The notes: generated by a model from the letters alone, not told the origin. A stretch of DNA of 60,655 nt, filler included, from Piptocephalis cylindrospora (GCA_003614145.1; 10 parts of 10 records of this genome joined end to end with filler, not necessarily neighbours in it), one strand, 5' to 3'. Shown: positions 24,194-37,400, counted from the first letter of the whole stretch. Program-made: numbers and translations.

Positions 24194-25812
24194 CTACAAG
24201 AGAGAGAGGGTCAGTTAGCAAATAAAATCATCTCATCCCTTAACCTCTTCTTTTCTATCGAAACGAGANNNNNNNNNNNNNNNNNNNNNNNNNNNNNNNN
24301 NNNNNNNNNNNNTTAATTAATTAANNNNNNNNNNNNNNNNNNNNNNNNNNNNNNNNNNNNNNNNNNNNATTCCTGCTTGTCCAAGAACTTCATCTGACTG
24401 GACATTGAATTTCCTCCTGAAATACCCATTCCCGTTCCCAATTTCCCCAAGTGAAAGTTAGGCCCTCGTGCCATTGCTAGGACTTCATTGAATCTTTTCA
24501 CTGTTCAAAACCCCCTACGCAACAGTATGAGGCGGGAAGATAGGTAAGGTATTGCTGACCCTTGGAACCAAAATGGTGATGATTGACTGGGAAGGTGAGA
24601 GTGAGGCTATTGTGTATAAGGGCGAACCTGGGGAGGTGTCTTGGAAGCTGTAATAGCTGGCGCCTTACGGCTTGAAAGTCCGCACAAGCATGAGATGAAG
24701 GGAGGTAAAGAGCGGGGATCATATCAGACAGCCTGCCATGTTGTTTAGATGAGGTTTCAACAGAGTCGCCATTACTCTCTCTCTCCATTCTCTCTATTCA
24801 AACAGGCACATATACAGTGCACCATTCAAATGGGCATCAATACGGGGGATGGGTGTGAAGAGTCCATGATACTAGGGGACTCACCCCTCCTCCTTATACC
24901 CATGATTTAGAAGGTAGACAGATGCGTCTGTGGGCCGAAGCAAGGCTTTTCACCTTCCTCGAGGCCATCATCAAGAACGAATGGAGGTGCGTCAGCAGGA
25001 ATGTGGATAACCAGTAGCATTGCTTATCCCAAGATTTATGGCAGGTACTGATGAGCTACTCTTCTAGTAGATCAAGCAACTGCGAGGGAATGGCCATATA
25101 ACAATACAGAACCATATATATACTACATCTCGGGCTATTTATTACTCCTAGCGACCCTCTTATCCCTCCATGCATCCTGATAAGGATTGAAAGACCCAGA
25201 GTACAGAGAATGCAATAGTGTTGCACATTCTTTTCCTCACAATGAGGGCAATACAAAGGCAACGAGCCTGCTCTTCAGCTCAGTAGGCAGGAATGACGGA
25301 TCTACTTTAAATATCTCCATCTGTACCTTTATCGTCCATGATTCATTACACCATGTTTCCTAATGTTATAGCAGTAGACAGAAATGAGGAAAAGCCTTGT
25401 CAACACGTCCCTCTAATCAATCAAAAGTAAAGGATGGAATAAATACTATTTTAATCAATTCATCGGCCTATCCCACCTAGGGAGAATATAGTAGCTTTAC
25501 TATTACTACTATTACTACTTATGTTGATCATTGTTGAGACAACTACAATCACATAGCTTCTCATGTCACGGTAAGTCATAAGCAGGGAGAAAGACGGGTC
25601 CTTTATCACGGTTCTCATCACACGCCGCCATCTTTTGATCTCCTGACCTCCTTTCCCCTATCTCCCCCCTGGTGGGTAAAATACTCCATTCTTTCCACCA
25701 TCCTCTCCAACATCCTCTTCCGTAGATAATCCCTCTTCACATCAGCCATCCCACTGACTCATTATTTATCCACGACCTTTCATCTTCTTTATGCCATCAT
25801 CTCTCTATACCA

Positions 25813-28396
25813 ATGTCACTATTGTCCCTTCCCCCATCCCCATCCCCATCCCATACGACGTCTTTATCCAGGTTATCGCCGTCGATCCGATCAGTGTCAG
25901 GTTTCTGGACACCCCGGGTGGATCATGGTGACTCAGGCTCAGCTTTGACTGGGAGGAGGAGCCCAGCCCCCACATCTGCCCTACCCTCATCAGTGTGCTC
26001 TTCCCTTGGACCTACCGAGAACCCTAAAATGGTATCCTCTCAGACCGAAGAAGGCATCTCTCTTCTCGGATCCATCTCCCTTCTCTTTTCCAGCATGACC
26101 GGTCCAGGCCTAGTGACCATTCCCCTGCTATTCCAGCAAGCCGGATGGCTTACTCCAACCCTTGCCCTTATGGCCGGATCCATTCTCAGCGCCTGTGCCT
26201 CCCTCTTTACCATTGAGGTTATGACCATGATCCCAGGGAACTCTCACTTTCAGGCCAAAATTGAATTTTCCTGTCTACTTGAAACCTTCCTCGGGCCTAG
26301 GACACGACGTCTCGCCCATCTCTGGCTCTACCTCTCCATCCAATCCATGAATTTGGCATCTATCGTCATCTCCGCACAGTCCATGGACCGCATCCTTCTC
26401 TCTCTCTTCTCCGCCACATGCTCCATTGACTTTTCCTACGGATGGGTATGCATCTACCCTGAGCCCTCGGAGATCAAGGTAGAGGCCTCCCCCTTTGGCG
26501 ATCGTTACCTCCTGGCCTCCGCAGGCTATCTCCTCTCTGCTGCCTGTGTCCTTCCACTTTCCTTACTCAATCTAGTGGATAACATTAAAAGTCAAGTCAT
26601 CTCCCTTGTCGCTCTCATCCTCATCGTCCTAGTCTGGATCATCCTTTTCCTCATGCATGGTGTTCATCCCCAGTATATGCCTGTCCTCGGCGCAGACCAT
26701 TCCCAGGTGCTCGGCACCATCATATTCAATTATGTCTATATGACCACCATTCCATCCTGGGTGAACGCCAAGGTAAGTTCTTGCCCAAACTAGATACCAT
26801 TCCTCCTTTAACCCCTCCTCCCCTCCCCCTCATCCTTGCACCGCTAGAAACCCTCTGTTTCTGTTCGAAAGTCCATCTTCCTTTCCACAGGCATTGCAAC
26901 TATGGTTTATACCGCCATTGGATGCTTTGGTACGTACCGCTTGGCCCCTTCTTCCATATCAGGAACCCTTCCTAACTCTACACTATTAGGTGCTCTTTCC
27001 TACACTATGCCAGCTCAGAGCAATGTCCTTACCGTCATTGGTAATGGTCAACATGGAGCTACCATTGCCCGCCTAACTGCCTTCATCTTCCCCATTGCCA
27101 CTATCATCACGTCCATCCCCGTGTACACCATTGTAGTTCGATACAACTTGATACGAGGGGGTATATGCGGCCCCCGTAAGTGATGTAGGGATGATATGAA
27201 AAACCACGCCATCTAATATACCCTCCTGATCTCATCCACTTCCTCCGGTAAATACAGGGATGGCCAATGTCCTTGCTGCCCTTGTCCCATGGATCCTGGC
27301 TATCCCCTTCCAGACGGGTCCTTGGTTTAATTACATTGTCAATTGGAGCTCCCTCCTCTTCGCCGCCATCATCAACTTTTCCCTCCCCTTTGCTCTTTAT
27401 CTTATCGGAAGATCCCGATTGGCCCAAGGCAAGAGCTTCTTTGGACAGGGATTGGAGGATGGAAGAGAATCGATGCTGAAAAGCCAAACAGAGGATGACG
27501 CCCCGGTAGGTGGTCAAAATGGCATGGTTTGTACTCCCAGGGAAGGCGGCCTAATAGTGGATGGTAGAACCCCGCCTCCATGCATATCCGTACCTCCTTT
27601 AATTGTCACCATGGATAGTGCAGCGGATGACCTAGGTAGTAACCACCTAGTGTCTGAAATGGGTAACCTATGGCCTAGTGTAAGCATAGGGGATCCAGGA
27701 GCAAGAAAGGATGACGAAAGAAAGGGTCTAGCTACAGTCCCCTCTTGTGGGTATGAACAAGTGCCCACAGTGCATGCTATTCGCTCAGCCCCTGAGGAGA
27801 GGACAATACCAAAGCCAAGCGCACAAGTACACTTGGAAGGGTTCTTTGGTAAAGCGCTGGCACTTTCAGATTCAACCTCTCCTCATCCATCAGGTAGTCT
27901 CTCCTATCTCTCCGGATCCACCACAGAGGATCACGATCACGTCTCTGAGCCCTTCTCCAAAAATACCGGTCAAAAGAAAGCTATTGGGAACTGCTCCAAA
28001 CCCAAGATCCCCGCCCAACCCTCTACCCATCTCTCTTCTTCTCCATCTTCCTCCTCAGAGTCGGATAACAGACCCCGCCATGCTCACCGGGTTCATGATT
28101 TATCATGGATGCATATGGCCAAATTATATCTTTCGCCCTTTTTTCTTAAAAAAAAGAAGGTTGAGGAGTATCGTCATCACCATTACCAGATCCCATCACT
28201 GACTCCCCTAGATCCTGGGCCAACGACGATACTAATCCCTAGCGCACCCAAGCCCTTATTCGTAGCCTTCCCAGAATCATGGAAACCCAGGTGGATTGCC
28301 TTGGCGGCCTTTGTCATTACTAAGATTATGTTGGCTTTCATGATTGCTTACAACCTCTTTCAATGGGGTGGTTTGGTGGATCGGAAGGGGCAATAA
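25813..28396 (+). CDS. Amino-acid transporter (Aa_trans/AAAP family), multi-exon
   Basis: SMTGPGLVTIPLLFQQAGW and IIFNYVYMTTIPSW, many TM segments. Introns start at about 26773, 26930 and 27176. Confidence 0.8.
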
Positions 28397-28759
28397 ATGC
28401 GTCCCATCCTCTCTCGCGGATCATATTTTCACATGCTGTCAACAAACACTTCGATCAAGTGTGAGCCCTATATCCATCTGTATCTATCTCCTAGTCACAC
28501 CGATAAAGTGTGAAGAAACTCCATTTTGTTTTACGTCGAAAAATGCAAAAAGTGGCATTTTACACTTGAAAACTACTAGCGCGGCGTGTGTGGCCCAATC
28601 AAGTGCACTGGGCTCCTTGAGAGACAGCCCGCCCTTCACTATGAAGCATTCCACAAGCATGATGCTATAGGATTTCTTTTTTTTTCTTGCTATTCGGATC
28701 CCTTACCCTTCCCATCTTTACATCCCTCCATTCTCTCTTAGCCCTCCTCCTCATTCAGC

Positions 28760-30105
28760 ATGGTTGGAAAAGAGACTTTAACCTTTGAGGGTCACCAGTT
28801 CTTCCGCCAGCGCTTGGTCATGGCCACTCTGGCTGGAAGAACCATTCGCATCATCCGTATCCGGTCTGATGACCTTTCTCCTGGTCTACGAGGTAAATCT
28901 ACTTGTCCCTACCGTCTCTGCTTACCCCATCCCTTACTCATCCAGCTATCCCTCTATGTAGACTTTGAGGCCAATCTCCTTCGCTTACTGGAGAGAGTCA
29001 CCAATGGGAGCATCGTAGAGATTGGCGAGACTGGTACGTCCATCCTCTATCGACCCGGAGTCATTGTTGGGGGGAAATTTCGACATGATTGCGGGAATCG
29101 TGCCTTACTTTCGGAGGATTCTGGTCCGGATGGGGAGAGAAAGACCAATCGTGCGATCGGGTACTGCCTTGAGATGCTCCTTGCCCTGGCCCCCTTTGGT
29201 CAACGTCTCATGGATGCCACCTTGACCGGTATCACCTCGGATAATTTTGACCTTTCGGTATGTTCATCAAGCATGGGCTCCAGCTTTCGTTTCCTATCCC
29301 CTCAACTCACTTTATCCCTTTACCAATAAATCCATAGGTGGATACGATTCGGACAGTGACCTTGCCCCAGCTCAAGAGATACGGGGTCCCCGATGGAGTT
29401 GAATTAAAAATCACCCGACGTGGTGCCCCGCCCTTGGGGGGAGGGGAGGTGACCTTTCGGTGCCCGACCGTTCGGACACTGAAGCCTTTATTATTCGTAG
29501 ATGAGGGTCGTATTCGTCGCATCCGGGGTATTGCCTATGCTACCCGTGTATCCCCTCAGACGGCCAACCGAATGGTCGAATCTGCTCGTAGTGTCCTGAA
29601 CCGGTACATCCCGGATGTGTATATCTACACCGATCATTACAAGGGTGCCGAGTCAGGAAAGTCCCCAGGCTTTGCCTTGTCCCTTGTGGCCGAATCCACC
29701 ACTGGGGTCCTCCTCTCAGCTGAACGCGCTGGTGAGGCAGGGGAAACCCCTGAGGACATTGGTGTTCGCGTGGCCAGGCTGCTCCTGGAGACCGTTGCAC
29801 GGGGTGGATGCGTCGATTCGGCACACCAGTGGCTCCCACTCTTGTGGATGACTTTTAGTCCAGAGGATGTAGGCCGAGTGAAAATGGGCCCTCTAGAACC
29901 CAGGTCAATTCAATATCTTCGAGATCTTCGGGCCATGGCCGGAGTCACCATGCGATTGACGGAACTGGAGGAGGAGATACCTCTGGAGGAGGAGGAGGAA
30001 GAGGAGAAGACTAGGGGGAGTAAGGTCAGAAGAGAAGGAGGTAAGCGGACCCTGGTGACGTGCGTAGGCACTGGATATGTTAATGCTGGAAAAAAGACAA
30101 CATAA
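28760..30105 (+). CDS. RCL1: RNA 3'-terminal phosphate cyclase-like protein (40S biogenesis), 3 exons
   Basis: FRQRLVMATL, RGAPPLGGGEV, RIRGIAY, KSPGF and QYLRDL. Introns 28893-28961 and about 29258-29337. Confidence 0.92.
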
Positions 30106-30517
30106 GGGCAGCAATGGAAACAATATCTTTGGTAATTGCATGCGAAAAACTATGGTGATGTATGTGTGCAAATAATCTTTTTGCTTGATGAGGAGAAAAA
30201 AAAGGGTGCTTATCCTTGTTGGATGAAGAGGCAAGGGGAGGGATAAGAATGACCAGGATGAGACAAAGGGCTCTACTTGGTGGCGTGGGGAGGAGAGAAG
30301 GGATGGGCGAAGGGGGGGTGGATAGAGAGAATGAGAGAGATGAAGAGGATNNNNNNNNNNNNNNNNNNNNNNNNNNNNNNNNNNNNNNNNNNNNTTAATT
30401 AATTAANNNNNNNNNNNNNNNNNNNNNNNNNNNNNNNNNNNNNNNNNNNNTCCCCTGGCCCGGAGGAGATTTGCATATATTACCTTCACTCGCTCATTCC
30501 CCCCCCCCCTCCCCCAG

Positions 30518-31065
30518 AGACTACATTCCCTTGGTAAATCAACTCAGCGTCCATTTCCAAATCCGAGATGATTACATGAACATTCAGTCTACCGAGGTGG
30601 GTTTCTCATCATCCACGGCCGACCCATAGTACAAACCCTTCTTACATCATCCCTTTCTATAGTACACCAATACCAAGGGGTACTGTGAGGACATCACTGA
30701 GGGCAAGTTCTCCTTCCCTGTTATCCACTCCATCCATTCCGACCCCAACAACCGACAGATGATCAGTAAGTTTCATCTGACTCATTTTCCTTTCCTCCTA
30801 TCTCTCACCTTTTTCCTCTCCTTCCTCGCCAGATATCCTCAAGCAACGGACAACCGATTTTGACCTCAAGAAACACGCTATCTCTCTGCTCCGAGACTCT
30901 GGGAGTTTCGAGTATACTCTGGATTATCTCCACAAGGTTGAGGCCGACTGTCGATCTCTCATTGCTGAGCATGGTGGAAATCTCGCTCTTGAAACTATTT
31001 TGGATTATCTTGCCAAGACCTACCCTCCTTCCTTAGATAACCGGCCCAAGGCACCCTCATCTTGA
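30518..31065 (+). CDS. BTS1: Geranylgeranyl diphosphate synthase, 3' exons (5' truncated; absent from the ORF track)
   Basis: Three exons splice to [39 protein letters not shown]...ILKQRTTD...SGSFEYT. Confidence 0.9.
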
Positions 31066-31879
31066 CTGTTCGACTGCGCTTTTTGACCAAGTGATCTAAT
31101 CTATGGCCTATGGCAACTCTCCCTCTACTAACAAATCTTCTCGGTATATTTTTGCGTGTCTATATCGATATATATGCCTGTATCTGTGCCCTTGTTCTAT
31201 CTGGAATGGCCATGGGTTCAATAGAAAGCAGTTTGCGTTCGAGAGACGCCTTGTTACGCGAAAATGATCTAGGTGCATTGACTTGGCCTAGATGGGCGGC
31301 TGCGCCTAATCTCTCTCACTCTACCCCCCTCCCCTCCATCCTATCCAAGGTATTCCTCCTGGTCAGCCACTTGAACAGGTTCATTCCATCCCGTTTTCTC
31401 GTTCCTCCGCCTCACACTATCCTCGGCCTCAGGAAATGGCCACAGTACTGCAGACGGGAGCCTCAAGTGTGATCTTGGGCAGACCAGGCTAGATGGGGGA
31501 GGGAAGGGTGAAGGTTCTTTCTGTTGATATTAGGAAAAAAAAGTGGAGTCAGAATATCCTATCCAAATACCGACGTTCCTCCTCTCTCCAGGATTGACGT
31601 GAAGGGGGGCAAGCGGGTACAAGAGGCAGCAGAGGACGAGATGAAGTGAAAGAGAGACGAAAGCAATGGAGTAGGGTGAACAGGGAGATGAGATGCACAT
31701 GAGATGCTATGGGAGCTTCACAAGGTCTGAACCTGCGGCAATGATGAACAGGGAGGTCTGCGGGCCCGTAATCTCCTACAAAATATCGACGATATCCATC
31801 CCACTAAGCCTCCCTCTCCTTCTCCCTCCTTCCCCCAGCCCTTTCTCAGCTTCCCCCATCATCCCAATCTCCCTTTTAC

Positions 31880-33000
31880 AGTGCCCCGCCTACTATTGAT
31901 CACCCTTGAAATTGTCTCAAATGGAAGGATGACCGAGTGTACACACATTCCCTATCATTTCCGAGGCCCTCCCCCCAACCGCTCCCACCCATCGCGTGAC
32001 TTGCCTTCCTTCTACCCATCACGCATCCTCCGGGATTACGGCCCTTTCACCATCCCTCCTATCCCTGGGAGCCCACTAGACCTGGACTTTTAAGGTGGTC
32101 AAAGCGAGAGGCGGAGGTTCGGACCATAGGTAGAGGGAAGATCAAGGGAGGGTAGGGAGAAGGAGGGCGAGGTAGGGCGGGTGAGATGGTACAGTGAGGG
32201 TGCATGGGGGGAAAGGCTCCATGGATCAGGGAAATGAAAGGGACCAGGGGGCAAAGGAAGCGGGCAGGCGCCCTGATATGTTCTAGGCTTAAAGCGTTCC
32301 CATATCTCCTCGCCTATTCCCCCGACCCATCCCATCCCTTGGTCCTGACTCAGAAAGCCCTCATCCTCCAAGGTAGGGCCCAAAACGTCCATCCCTCCCC
32401 GCCTACCCAACCTCCCTCCTCCTCCCCCAACCAATACTCCTTAATCTCCACCCGTCCCCAGGCGTCGCCCTACCACATCCTCCTACAGGGACTGAAGTAA
32501 CATATCCAGTAGGCTCCGTTAAAAAAGGGTTCGGAATAAAGTCCATGGCGTCCGGAAGGCTCTCTGGAATCCCCGTAATCCTGGAGAAGGAGTTTATGAG
32601 CAAGGCCAGTCGAATGGGAGCATTGGATGAAGGGGGGTCCCTGGATCAAGGGATCGATACATCCTACATGCTAGAACGGCAAGGAAGATAGGAGGAGCAG
32701 AAGAGGGAGAGGATGACAGGAGAGAGAGAGAGTATAGGAGAAGGAAATAGAAAAAAAGAGAGAGAGCGAGATGCACACCGAAGGTAAGGTCAAGGCCGGC
32801 CCATCACATTTCCCTCAACTACCGACACCCCCCTTTGGACCATGGGCACTCCGGTTTTGTTATTAGTGATACCTTACAATTCCGGATTTTCCTGAGGATA
32901 CAAGGATCTCATGGCGACAGGTAAGAGCATAGGGGGGTGACAGAAAAGATGTACATCCTCCCAAGTATCCTTGAGAAGGTCAAAGGAAACTCGGGAAACC
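31880..33000 (+). mobile_element. Possible highly decayed Ty3/Gypsy pol relic (RT C-terminus, RNase H linker, possibly integrase)
   Basis: Fragments lie in the expected order across frames: RILRDYG, LDF*G, GRVRWY, KAPWIREMKG, RLKAFPYLLAYSPDPSHPLVLTQKA (compare LKxxLxxAPVLAxPDxxKPFxLxTDAS). Stops and frameshifts are present and no LTR was found. Boundaries approximate. Confidence 0.35.
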
Positions 33001-35480
33001 CTTCTCAGACATGAATGACGAGGGATGAAAAGCAGCAGGAAGAAGGTCAATGGGGAATCATAAGCATAGCAAGGGGCAGGACCTGTTCACGGGCGTAAGG
33101 TTTAGTCAAGTAGCCATGACAGTAGACCAAAAGGAGTTTCAGAAGGCGTGTAGAAAAAGACCAGGGAAGAGAGGGGGAGAGCGACTCCCCAAGGCAAAGG
33201 AGAAGCGGCTATTGAGACACCGGTAGGTCAAGAGACTAGGGGGAAGGATGTCCCGCAGGCGATGATGCTCTTTCGAGGGTCTCGCCCCCCTCCGTTACTA
33301 ACCTAACTACTTGACCTAACGCCCCTCAACGCCATATCAATCCTTTCCAGGAACCCGGCTGATCTCTCATGTCCCTCCCTCCAACCAAAAGTCCCCATCC
33401 CCAGCATCCTTGCCCCAAGTGGAATTCTTTCAAGCCCTTTACCTCGCATCCAGGACAGATCCCTCCGTCACTACACACAGTCTTGGGGACGGCCGAGAGG
33501 GGAGAGGAAGAGGAAATCGGCAGGGCAAAAGGACGGCAAGAGCGGGGGCGGTAGCAGGACAGGGCCCACAGGAGCAAACAGGAAGACAGGAAGTAGGAGA
33601 AGGATAATGGAGCTGTCAGGGTAACGGAGAAAGCGATACTGAAGGTATAGCTGGAGAGCGCGTGCGAGACCTGACAGTGGGCATGGCATCTAGGGACGCT
33701 CGTGTGCTACCTAGGCACCACTGTCGCCATGCTCTTGCGCTCTCTAACCAGCAGCAACCACTTTATCCGACTCCAACAGGGATTTTCCACTGATTCATCT
33801 CTGTCATTCCAACCATCACTCGCAATCCAATCCCGTGGGCTCCCACTTCACCAACTACCCCCCATCCTCACTGACCCCAAAGCGTCCCCGAACATCGGTC
33901 CCTTCTCCCCCTCCTTGTTTCCCCCAGCCGTGCCGAGACATTTCATCGCCTTCATCCACCACGCCTTCCTCCCGTCCTTTCCCAGGTCATCAATCGTCAT
34001 CATGCGGAGGGTTATTAATGGTCATCATCTTTCCGTACACCATCTCCCCTTCTCACTCTGACCACCAGAAGATCCTTGTCCACCAAGAGTTGGAAAGAGA
34101 AGGAGCCAGCACAACGTCATCCGTGGAAAAAACTGGCCGTCCCCCCGCCCGAGAAAGGAGAAAGGGACAATGTCAACAGGAAATACGAATCCGCCTCCGC
34201 AGATTATGGCAGTCTCAGAAGTTGGACCTGACTCCCCATCCAGGGAGCCAGGGACATTCAGAGCCTGCACAAGGGTTAGGGTTATGTATGTCGGCGTGCG
34301 TGTATGCATCCAAAGGGGTCCTCCAATCTGATGAAGGAAGATGACGTGGCCGTCGGCAGCATCAGACAATCCTCATCCCCCGCAGTATCCCGTGGCTCAA
34401 CCCCCCTCCTCCTCCACTGACCCCTCACTATCCCACCCAAGAGAGATCTGGTCTCCGCCATCACTACGCCTACTGCACATGGATCCCCTTCACCAACAGG
34501 CATCGCCCCAAAAGAGAGAAGGAACAGACTGGATTGGACAGCGTAAGTGCTACGGAGTTCTGAATACAACCACGCGGCATACGCCGCTTTGGGCCCCATC
34601 TAGTACCTACTAAACTTGCACCGCCTCCTTTTCCTCCTCTTCACCTTCACCTTCACCTCCGACCCCACCCCCCCACCACTCAGTCCTTCCCTGGCAATTG
34701 TAGCCGGGTAGGTCTGGGAAGTAAAGGGATGGAAGGAAAAGACTAGGGTGGGATGAAAGAAGGGAAGTAGACGGGAGAGGAGAAGAGGGGTTGATGGGAC
34801 GTGAGGAAAAAGGAAAAGGAAGGGAATGTGAGAGAGGGGGGACGGTCGTATCAGTCCCGTTGATTTATACCCGTGGTGGGCGTTGTAAAGGATGATGTGG
34901 CTGGTGATGATGGAGGATGGTGTGGTGGTTCTGAGACGCGAGTGTGTGATAAAAGATGGCTCGCGCATGCTAGCTCCGCTCGAAAGACAACGGGCGCGAT
35001 TTTTTAAAAATTATTTTCTTTATCAGATTTATGTGGGCGGGGCAGGGCGGCCATGGTTTGTTTGTTTGAAACCCCATATATTTACTCATTTTACCGGGGC
35101 AAAACGAAACCTTCTAGCAGGACGGCCATGGCTGCGATGTATCTCATTTAGCTCACCCTCTTTGTGTCGCTTTCGGTGGCGGATAACCAGATTATCGACC
35201 AATGCATTACCTTTCCTCTCCTTCTCTCTCTCCAACTCGCATCCCCCCCCTCACTTCACCTAACAATACCATTTAATTTAGTGGCTGGCCTATATCTCCT
35301 TCTGATCTCCTTCTCTGTCCACCGCTGATGCCTGTTTGGGGATGGATTGCTAATCGGGTCGCTACACTCGGACCTTTCGGATTTAGTCTCCGTCAGCTCC
35401 GCTTCAATTAAAGCAGATACAATACTGCTTAAAAAGCATGTTTTGGCACTATATGTGAATTATAAGAAATAGACGGGTAC

Positions 35481-35768
35481 TGATATCGTTAGGGGTATGG
35501 TTTAGTGGGTGGGTATAAACGGGTGAGGGGGTGAATTCAGATGTATTGGGAATGTCAGTCGAAAGTCCAGTATTTTATAGAGGATCACCCAGGCGGGTGA
35601 TTCTCTATATTTAGGACCATGCTAGGGTGTCCTTGTGCTGTCGACTCTTTTGTTATGATCATGAGGCGTCCTTTCTTCCTTTGGTCCTTGTCCTTTGTTT
35701 CTGGGGCTTCCCACAGGCATTCCTTTTTACGCGGAAGGCACAACGACTTCCCAGTCGTTACAATATTA
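35481..35768 (+). ncRNA. Unidentified structured repeat family A, copy 1
   Basis: Homologous to 36822-37130. Has a 15-bp hairpin at 35576-35609 with an AGGC loop, and differences between the copies preserve pairing. Confidence 0.55.
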
Positions 35769-36821
35769 CACATTGAATATACAGTCTCGATCCGGGGAGA
35801 CACTTATGTATGGCGGTCATTCTGAGGTGCGCCGTTGAGCCGGCGCAAATCTACTCCTAGCTGAAACACGTAGGATTTTTTTTATCTATAACAATTACAT
35901 TTTTCAATGCTTCAGAGAGACACGATAACGCTTTAGATTGTAACGGAAAATATTGATAATTTACCATCACCTTGCCATATACACTAACTTTCATAAAGCG
36001 CTATGAGCTCCTTTGTCGGAGTTAATCTTTGACATCGGAGATTGAAATATACGGGGAAGCAGGCCTGGACACCAGCAGTTTGATGGTGCATCCCTGCCCA
36101 GGTATTTAATCGTTCATTCGAAGCAATACCCTACTTCCGTTCAGTCTCCCTTTCCTCATCTCCCTTTCTCCCATTCCCTTCGTCTCACGCCCTCGCTCAC
36201 CCTCGCCAAGACGGCGCCCTCTCTTCTCCGCCTCCTCTGCCTCCTCCACCTCGATTCACCTTGCATCTCCCAGGGCGCCATCCTTTCTTCAAACCTTTTG
36301 GTCATTCTCAACACCTCCGCCCTTCCCTTCCGCGCTCTCCCCTTTCCCCAATAGAACCGACCCCTCTCACTCCCTCCAAGAAAGAATTGGTTGGAGTTGG
36401 GATCGGCTATGTGATTGGACGACCCCNNNNNNNNNNNNNNNNNNNNNNNNNNNNNNNNNNNNNNNNNNNNTTAATTAATTAANNNNNNNNNNNNNNNNNN
36501 NNNNNNNNNNNNNNNNNNNNNNNNNNCGCCCATCTTACAAGAAGCCCACACGGCGGCAGCGGTATTTGAAGGTCTCGATGGTGATGGTGGTGACGAAGGT
36601 GATGACGATACTAATAGCTCCTCAGGCAAAATCTCCCTCTGCTGTTTCCCATTCCTCCCCTCTTGGTGATCTCTCACGCGGGCTCTATCCACCCTGTATG
36701 GACTCTAATTTAAATAAATACCAACCTTGCATGAAAAAATATTCTTTAAATATATAGGTTATAAACTTGCAAGAAAGAAAAGTACTTTAATATCTTTTTC
36801 GTGATAAATTGAGGTAGAATA

Positions 36822-37130
36822 TTATATTGCTAAGGTTCTGGTTATCGGGAGGGTGTAAACAAGCCGGGGAGTGGATTTAGATGTAAAGTTGCTTAATCTT
36901 CAAATATATTGGGTATATCTGCCGAAAGTCCAGTCCCTTATAGGGAAGCGTCCAGGCGGATGCTTCTCTATATTTAGGGCCATGCTAGGGTATCCTTGCG
37001 CAGTCGGATCCTTTGCTTTGTTCGCTTATGAGGAGTCCTTCCTCACTTGCCCTTGTTCTTTGTGTCTGGGGCTTCCCACAGGCATTCCCTTCACGCGGAT
37101 AGTACAACGACTTCCAAGTTGTTACAGTAT
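36822..37130 (+). ncRNA. Unidentified structured repeat family A, copy 2
   Basis: Hairpin 36939-36972. Shares the blocks CGAAAGTCCAGT, CCATGCTAGGGT, CTGGGGCTTCCCACAGGCATTCC and CAACGACTTCC with copy 1, which is on a different contig. Confidence 0.55.
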
Positions 37131-37154
37131 TATTATTTGTTTTATCCTCGTTGA

Positions 37155-37255
37155 GGACATAGTCCCTGATATCACGAATGCTGGCCTATTTGGGCGGGTT
37201 ATGTGTTTGGATGCCTAGCAGCCTACCTCACTGAGGAAAATATAAAGGTTTTATT
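37155..37255 (+). repeat. Repeat family B, copy 1
   Basis: GGAC-NNN-GTCC..CACG..GCCT-loop-GGGC..TGTG..GGATGCC..GGTTTT consensus. Confidence 0.6.
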
Positions 37256-37400
37256 AATCAATTCTTTGTTTTATCCTTGGTATGCCCATAAGTGTCTCGA
37301 GCTTTCCTGAATTGACTAGGAGATCTAGATGGTGGCGGGAGTTTCTCTAGGGAATGGTAGGCTATAAGTGTCTGTAGTATTTAGAAGAGAATTATTAATA

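Noticed and set aside
24370..25300. Possible 5' exons of a minus-strand gene running into the gap
   Set aside because: I could not assemble a consistent spliced frame or recognise a family.
35557..35647. Family A as a type II hammerhead (CGAAA...stem...CA...stem...CTGTCGA)
   Set aside because: The core deviates (CUGUCGA and CAGUCGG instead of CUGANGA, no UH site) and stem II cannot form in that register.
35561..35712. Family A as RNase MRP/P (GAAAGTCC...GGGGCTT) or an H/ACA snoRNA (terminal ACA)
   Set aside because: The P4 register and CR-V context do not fit, and there is no ANANNA H box after the first hairpin. Not excluded without cmscan.
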